This document shows positions 58,075 to 62,876 of a stretch of 62,876 bases of DNA, one piece after another. Positions within the stretch are counted from its first letter, which is position 1, and the number at the start of each line of letters is the position of its first letter. Where the stretch lies: NCBI GenBank assembly GCA_003553505.1, contig PWEN01000042.1, forward strand, positions 1 to 62,876. The letters run 5' to 3'. A program made the translations under genes and the position numbers. The DNA comes from Candidatus Nealsonbacteria bacterium (lineage in GTDB: Bacteria > Patescibacteriota > Minisyncoccia > Minisyncoccales > PWPS01). Under the pieces are notes generated by a model. It searched no databases. It was given only the letters and a program-made list of their open reading frames with translations, and was not told where the DNA came from.

Positions 58075-59660
58075 TTTTTAGTCACAGGAAGCACTATCTT
58101 GAAGGCGGCTCCTTTGCCATATTTGCTATTTGGAGATTCTACAAATATTTTTCCTCCTTTCTTATCAACTATAGACTTCACTATGTAGAGATCGAGACCG
58201 GATCCGTAGCTTTTTACTTCTTTTGCGGTCTCTGTGCGAAAAAACTTTTGAAATATCTTTCCCTGTTCTTCTTTTTTAATACCACAACCATCATCCCCCA
58301 CATAAAAAACAATATCGTTCTCACCCTCTTCTATTAAAGAGAAAGATATATTACCTTTTTCTTCTGTGTAATTTACCGCATTTGAGAGAAGGCTTCGCAG
58401 AATTATTTTTATTGTATAAGGGTCAATTATAATCTGAGGAATAGAAGAGTAGTTCTCTTCAAGCTTTATTTCTTTTTCATTTACTTGATCTCTATACTCA
58501 TCAACTATTGACTTTGCAAGTCCAACAATATCGGTTTCTTTGGGATTAAAAACGAACATCTCTAGGTCAAGGGCAGTTACATTCAAGAAAGCATCACTCA
58601 ACCTTACAAGCTTTTTTGTTGAGTCATATATATTTTCCATCGCCTCTCTGTGCTCTTCTTTTACATCAAAGGTCTCATCTTCCAGCAAAGATATGGAACA
58701 CCATCTTATGACAGAGAGGGGTGACTTTATTTGATGTGAAGTTATAGAAATAAACTCCGATTTTGCTTTGTCTATTTCACGGACCTCCGTTATATCACGA
58801 GATATGCTAAGCACAGAGCGCACTTTTCCATCTTTTGCCGTTTCCGGAACAAGAAAAGTATAATAGTGCTTTATACCGCTTTCAAACTCTACTTCACTAT
58901 AAAAAGAAGTCCTCTCCTTGTTTTTAAACACTGACTGTACTGCCTCACATGTTGCACGAGCTCTTTCTTCGGAAAAATTAAGATCTCTTTCTGTTTTCCA
59001 AAAAAAGTCTTTCTTGTCTATTCCCATCTCTTTTTCTGCGGCAGAGTTAACATATATATAACGACACTCTTTGTCGAACCTTGCTATTATATCAGGTGTG
59101 TTTTCTGCAAGAGTTCTAAACTTCTCTTCCTGATAACTAAATATCTCCTCCATCTTTTTCTTTTTCGTGGTGTCACGTACAATGATAAGCTCTTCGGCAA
59201 ATCCTTCGTACTCTACAGTACCAATGCTTATCTCGACATCTATGCACTTTCCTCTTGCATTCTCTATTTTCCCCTCATAGAAGTTTGAGAACTGGCTCCC
59301 CTTTTTTTTCTTTTCATAGTACTCATGAAAGTCACTATCCTTACCAAACAAAGAGTATATGTTTTTTCCGGCAAGATTTTTATATCCTGTCAGCTTAAGA
59401 AGTGCGGGATTGGCGTACTTTATATCTCCTTTTCTTACAATCATAACTCCATCACTTGCCCCCTCAACAAGTGTGGTGTAGCGCCTCTCTCCTTCCCTCA
59501 TTCTCCTAATGAACTTATTTACCCATAAAGCAACCATAACGGCAATAGCAACACCAACAAGAATAAGAGAAACACAGATGGTTGCATCAACAAAAGAAAA
59601 ATAAACAACTAAAGCTAAATAAGCAATAGAAATTAAAAGTATGAGTATCTTTTTTATCAT
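58071..59660 (-). CDS. Membrane PAS-PAS sensor histidine kinase
   Basis: Two TM, two PAS, H-box SHQIKSPL, NA..Y, D.G.GI, FFR, GSGLDL. Confidence 0.9.
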   Translation of the reverse strand: MIKKILILLISIAYLALVVYFSFVDATICVSLILVGVAIAVMVALWVNKFIRRMREGERRYTTLVEGASDGVMIVRKGDIKYANPALLKLTGYKNLAGKNIYSLFGKDSDFHEYYEKKKKGSQFSNFYEGKIENARGKCIDVEISIGTVEYEGFAEELIIVRDTTKKKKMEEIFSYQEEKFRTLAENTPDIIARFDKECRYIYVNSAAEKEMGIDKKDFFWKTERDLNFSEERARATCEAVQSVFKNKERTSFYSEVEFESGIKHYYTFLVPETAKDGKVRSVLSISRDITEVREIDKAKSEFISITSHQIKSPLSVIRWCSISLLEDETFDVKEEHREAMENIYDSTKKLVRLSDAFLNVTALDLEMFVFNPKETDIVGLAKSIVDEYRDQVNEKEIKLEENYSSIPQIIIDPYTIKIILRSLLSNAVNYTEEKGNISFSLIEEGENDIVFYVGDDGCGIKKEEQGKIFQKFFRTETAKEVKSYGSGLDLYIVKSIVDKKGGKIFVESPNSKYGKGAAFKIVLPVTKK

Positions 59661-59974
59661 TATATTTGAACCTCTTTTTTGCTTTTATTTCCCGTTCTGC
59701 GCCCCCCCTTTATCTTTCCTACAATAAAGGATCGCACTTCTTTTTCCCCTGCCGGAAAGGCATTAAAAATATGTCCGGGACTTAAACGGTCCCGGCCATA
59801 CACAAGCCGCTCTCCCTCCGGAAGAACATCGGTGTATAACCCGAAAGGCTCCACTTCGCGCCAACCTTCGGGATTATTTTCTGTTTCAGGATAGTATATT
59901 TCCACTGTTTCCCCGGAAGAAACAGCTTCACTTATTACTTGTAATATATTCCTGAAATCGGAATAAAAAGGCAT
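59660..59974 (-). CDS. Small WYL-like domain protein
   Basis: A......V.I.Y, R.VEP..L, E.RSF...KI pattern. Confidence 0.6.
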   Translation of the reverse strand: MPFYSDFRNILQVISEAVSSGETVEIYYPETENNPEGWREVEPFGLYTDVLPEGERLVYGRDRLSPGHIFNAFPAGEKEVRSFIVGKIKGGRRTGNKSKKEVQI

Positions 59975-59977
59975 AAA

Positions 59978-60412
59978 TCAAATAATATTCCCTTCCCTGT
60001 CTATTTCACCGTTTCTTATTCTGGTAGATGATATGGCGCCTCCATCTTCAGATAAGACGGTGTCTATCTCTTCTATCACCATCTCCTCTTTCCCTTTTTC
60101 TTTTCTTTGAGCGTTTATCTCTTCCGCTCGTGGCCTGGTTTCTTCGGAAACTACTATGCAGTCAAAGTTCTCATCAACCGCAAAACCGAAGGGGTCTTCA
60201 ATTTTCTCTATCTCCACTTCCGGAAAGAGACGGAGTATCTCTGACTCACGCACTCCATAATCATCTACTACCTCACCCTTCATCTCTCTTGCCATCTGAT
60301 CGGACGTAAGACCAACCTTTACATCTCCCAATGAAGAGGCGTGTGAGATCAACTCTCTGTGTCCTTTGTGCAGAAGATCGAACGTACCTCCTATAACAAC
60401 TTTTTTATTCAT
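59978..60412 (-). CDS. coaD: Phosphopantetheine adenylyltransferase, archaeal/eukaryotic type
   Basis: GGTFD.LH.GH, GLTSD, D.FG, VVS.ET, IN..R, ISSTRIR.GEID. Confidence 0.85.
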   Translation of the reverse strand: MNKKVVIGGTFDLLHKGHRELISHASSLGDVKVGLTSDQMAREMKGEVVDDYGVRESEILRLFPEVEIEKIEDPFGFAVDENFDCIVVSEETRPRAEEINAQRKEKGKEEMVIEEIDTVLSEDGGAISSTRIRNGEIDREGNII

Positions 60413-60436
60413 GGTTTTATTTTAGTTTTTAAACGA

Positions 60437-61285
60437 TTAAAAGTCAAAAATAGATCTTATCCTTTCAACATTCTCCTTGTCAGGGCCATCCCCTTTTATT
60501 CCCGGTACTTCAAGTATCCAAGGAATGTTGAGAAAAAAATCCTCTTTTGCAAGCACAAAAAAACCTTCTTTTCCTATAAATCCCTCTCCTATATTCTCAT
60601 GGCGATCTTTTTGTGAGCCACTTTTTGTCATAGAATCATTTATATGAAGCGCGATAATTCTAGACAAGCCAACTTCATCGTCCCAGTGTTTAATCCATTT
60701 TTTTATCTCTTTTTCTGAGAACTCTTTTATGTCCCCGGAAGCAAAGGCGTGTGCCGTATCTATGCAAACACCAATATTTACAATATCTTCCAGGCCATTA
60801 ATGATAGTTGACACCTCTTTTGCACACGTCCCTATCTTCTTTTCTCCCGCCGTGTTTTCTATTAATAGAAGCTCCTTGCCATTAAAACTTCTAAAAACTT
60901 CTTTTAATCCCTCTATTTCTCTTTCTATCGCCTTGCCTTTATCACCTCCTTTTGGAGATCCGGGATGATATATTACCCCTTTAGCACCAATAGTGCCTGC
61001 AAATCGCAAGGAGTCTACGATGCTTGTAACTGATTTTTCACGCAACTCTTTGTTTTCAGATGCAAGATTGACAAGATAAGAGGCGTGGACAAAAACAGGA
61101 TCTATGCCCTTAATCTTCTCTTTGTAATTATCTACTTCTTTTTCTTCAGGAATCTTAATCTCATATCTTCGCGGACTTCCTGCAAATATCTGCATGCAAT
61201 CCAAATTCATTTCCTGTGCCCTGTAAGCAGCCATGGAAAGTCCTCCGGCAACTGACACGTGAGCTCCTATTTTAGGTTTTTTCAT
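60437..61285 (-). CDS. nfo: Endonuclease IV
   Basis: GAHVS, HASY..NL, HPG, EN.AG, DTAH, H.NDS, DRHE..G.G, ILE.P. Confidence 0.94.
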   Translation of the reverse strand: MKKPKIGAHVSVAGGLSMAAYRAQEMNLDCMQIFAGSPRRYEIKIPEEKEVDNYKEKIKGIDPVFVHASYLVNLASENKELREKSVTSIVDSLRFAGTIGAKGVIYHPGSPKGGDKGKAIEREIEGLKEVFRSFNGKELLLIENTAGEKKIGTCAKEVSTIINGLEDIVNIGVCIDTAHAFASGDIKEFSEKEIKKWIKHWDDEVGLSRIIALHINDSMTKSGSQKDRHENIGEGFIGKEGFFVLAKEDFFLNIPWILEVPGIKGDGPDKENVERIRSIFDF

Positions 61286-61290
61286 AACTT

Positions 61291-61322
61291 AAAAATAAAG
61301 GAGGGTGTTATATGCCCTCCTT
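61291..61322 (-). terminator. Intrinsic terminator
   Basis: AAGGAGGG/CCCTCCTT stem with T-rich tail on minus strand. Confidence 0.7.
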
Positions 61323-61343
61323 CATTTACAAAAAGTTATCAAA

Positions 61344-62132
61344 CTAGGGCTGTAGAACGCCCTCCGTTTCTCCGTTTACTGATATCTCTACACTATCAAT
61401 GCTGTCAAACTGAGTAAGAGTGTTTGTAATCTGATCTACTATTGCAGTAACCCACGCAGAACCTCCGGCAACGTCAAGCTCTTCACTGAAGTCCGCAAAA
61501 GCAACTCCATTCTCAATGTTTAGAGAGTTTAACTCTGTGCCCTCATCTATGGAGGTGGAGTACCCCTCCTCTTTCTCTTCTTCCGTAGGACCACTTAAAA
61601 GCTCTACAAGAGCTCTGTGCTCTACATCCGTCACATCTTCCAAGCTTCTTTCTACGGGAACAACATCTTCCATGCCATCTTCCACGATCATAAAGTAAAC
61701 ATTAAAAGAAGTAGTTACTTCCTCCTCTTCTTCCTCTATCATTTCGCCACTCATTTCATCAAAGACACCATCAGTTACTGCAGAAACAACCTCTCCATTC
61801 TCTACCGTAACTACGGTTGTATGAGGCGTTATCACTTGAGCCGTCATCTCTTCACTGCGATCTCCGTAACCCGCAGAATTGGACTCAAAGTCAAAAGTTA
61901 CTTCTACTACTCCTTCATCCACTTCCTCTGTTTTAGAGATCTCCAAATCTCTTCCATCATAAGTATAAGTAAGAGATTGGCTTTTCATCCACTCATCTGC
62001 GATGGCGGAAGCCTCATCAAGTGTAACCTCTCCATTCTCTTCCGGTACATCGGTATCCATTCTGGAAACAAAAACCCCTGCTACTACTACGACAAGAAGA
62101 ACAACTATAGCTATAATAATTTTTTTATCCAT
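61344..62132 (-). CDS. Signal-anchored acidic protein with C-terminal GerMN domain
   Basis: LL.GPT..E...G..TSI..GT, GVA..DFS, QI..TLTQF..I..V.I.V.G. Confidence 0.85.
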   Translation of the reverse strand: MDKKIIIAIVVLLVVVVAGVFVSRMDTDVPEENGEVTLDEASAIADEWMKSQSLTYTYDGRDLEISKTEEVDEGVVEVTFDFESNSAGYGDRSEEMTAQVITPHTTVVTVENGEVVSAVTDGVFDEMSGEMIEEEEEEVTTSFNVYFMIVEDGMEDVVPVERSLEDVTDVEHRALVELLSGPTEEEKEEGYSTSIDEGTELNSLNIENGVAFADFSEELDVAGGSAWVTAIVDQITNTLTQFDSIDSVEISVNGETEGVLQP

Positions 62133-62154
62133 AATTATTAACTTTACTTAGTAC

Positions 62155-62162
62155 TCGACCTT
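62155..62162 (-). promoter_or_regulatory. AAGGTCGA leader motif, copy 2
   Basis: 8 nt after TG-C-TAATTT, 22 nt before ATG. Confidence 0.65.
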
Positions 62163-62191
62163 TTTATTTTAAATTAGCACAAAAATTAGTA

Positions 62192-62231
62192 AAAAACAAT
62201 AAAGACCCTCCTTGCAAAGAGAGTCTTTATT
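62192..62231 (-). terminator. Intrinsic terminator
   Basis: AATAAAGAC/GTCTTTATT extended stem with T tract. Confidence 0.75.
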
Positions 62232-62240
62232 TATGAGCAA

Positions 62241-62399
62241 TTAAGGCTCTATAGGATCATCTATGGGATCATCCGCAGATGGCGGCTCTTCTATCTCCAC
62301 ATCTTCCGGAGAAGGTGTAGACATAACAAATATTAGTGCGGCAAGCCCTATCACAACTGCACCAATAACCACCGCAATAAGTATCCTTTTTATGTCCAT
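62241..62399 (-). CDS. Small signal-anchor protein with Pro/acidic tail, 52 aa, absent from the ORF track
   Basis: Manual translation MDIKRILIAVVIGAVVIGLAALIFVMSTPSPEDVEIEEPPSADDPIDDPIEP. Confidence 0.75.
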   Translation of the reverse strand: MDIKRILIAVVIGAVVIGLAALIFVMSTPSPEDVEIEEPPSADDPIDDPIEP

Positions 62400-62425
62400 G
62401 CTTTAAAAGATTGATTAAAATCTAA

Positions 62426-62433
62426 TCGACCTT
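62426..62433 (-). promoter_or_regulatory. AAGGTCGA leader motif, copy 3
   Basis: 6 nt after TG-T-TATTAT, 26 nt before ATG. Confidence 0.65.
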
Positions 62434-62463
62434 TTGTACATAATAACACAATAAGAGATAAAC

Positions 62464-62498
62464 AAAAACCCCTCTCTTTTATGCCTGAGAAGGGTTTT
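62464..62498 (-). terminator. Intrinsic terminator
   Basis: Minus strand AAAACCCTTCTC...GAGAGGGGTTTTT. Confidence 0.75.
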
Positions 62499-62507
62499 CA
62501 TGAAAAA

Positions 62508-62729
62508 CTAGTCTACCAGCTCCTCGTCTTCCTCATCCTCATCTTCATCTTCGTCTTCATCATCTTCGCCGTTTTCATCTTCGTCTTCATCATCTTCGCC
62601 GTTTTCATCCAAGACATCGTTCTCTCCATTTATAAGCTCAACATCTTCTGTCATCATGGAGTAAGCCATAACGCCTCCCACGATAACAAGAATGATGATT
62701 ATGGCGATAATTATGTTTTTTGTATCCAT
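62508..62729 (-). CDS. Small signal-anchor protein with D/E-rich tail (73 aa)
   Basis: MDTKNIIIA TM then acidic repeats; start moved to ATG 62729. Confidence 0.75.
   Translation of the reverse strand: MDTKNIIIAIIIILVIVGGVMAYSMMTEDVELINGENDVLDENGEDDEDEDENGEDDEDEDEDEDEEDEELVD
62544..62609. repeat. 30-bp tandem duplication encoding DENGEDDEDE twice
   Basis: 62551-62579 is identical to 62581-62609. Confidence 0.9.
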
Positions 62730-62755
62730 TACATTAAATTCAAGGACTTTTAATT

Positions 62756-62763
62756 TCGACCTT
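62756..62763 (-). promoter_or_regulatory. AAGGTCGA leader motif, copy 4
   Basis: 7 nt after TAAGTT, 26 nt before ATG. Confidence 0.65.
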
Positions 62764-62786
62764 TTTTCCAAACTTACTTACAGAAT

Positions 62787-62825
62787 AATAAAAACCTCCT
62801 TTTATGTAAAGAGGAGGCTTTTATT
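62787..62825 (-). terminator. Intrinsic terminator
   Basis: CCTCCT/AGGAGG stem flanked by A/T tracts. Confidence 0.75.
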
Positions 62826-62833
62826 TAGTCGCT

Positions 62834-62876
62834 TTAGTACTCCAATTCTATATCCAGATCACTGTCGTCATTTAGC
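62834..62876 (-). CDS. 3' end of a gene running off the window (…LNDDSDLDIELEY*)
   Basis: Open acidic frame ending in TAA just before a terminator. Confidence 0.5.
   Translation of the reverse strand, partial: LNDDSDLDIELEY

Noticed and set aside
1120-62729. Alternative genetic code (TGA as Gly)
   Set aside because: Conserved genes such as serS and gltX end at TGA at the expected length, with no internal TGA
62481-62753. Hydrophobic plus-strand 90-aa ORF
   Set aside because: Antisense artefact of GAA/GAT codons in the acidic protein gene

Overview
62.9-kb gene-dense chromosomal segment, most likely from a Patescibacteria/CPR (Parcubacteria-like) bacterium. The assignment is an inference from compact overlapping operons, archaeal-type aspS and coaD, SD-poor core genes and TGA used as stop. 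The window starts in the 3' end of 23S rRNA plus 5S rRNA. Plus-strand operons follow: mreC-mreD-pbp2-greA-lysS, T-box-serS-femX-murF-ftsQ, CIRCE-hrcA-grpE-dnaK-dnaJ, tRNA-Lys, a 4.7-kb island of hypothetical genes, ctpA-rplI-pyrG and uppS. At about 24.8 kb the coding strand flips convergently to minus at a single Xer-family recombinase. The minus-strand part holds gltX, cell-wall genes, aspS, tig, osmotic-stress genes, a DNA-repair cluster and small acidic membrane-anchored proteins. Most notable: (1) a 28-bp, near-symmetric dif-like site touching the xer start codon at the strand switch, a candidate single-recombinase Xer/dif terminus system; (2) a serine T-box combining an ultrashort Stem I with a transcription terminator; (3) an AAGGTCGA motif at the predicted 5' end of four transcripts that all encode acidic single-TM proteins; (4) strong AGGAGG ribosome-binding sites concentrated in the accessory island while several core genes look leaderless. 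All calls are by eye; no searches were run.
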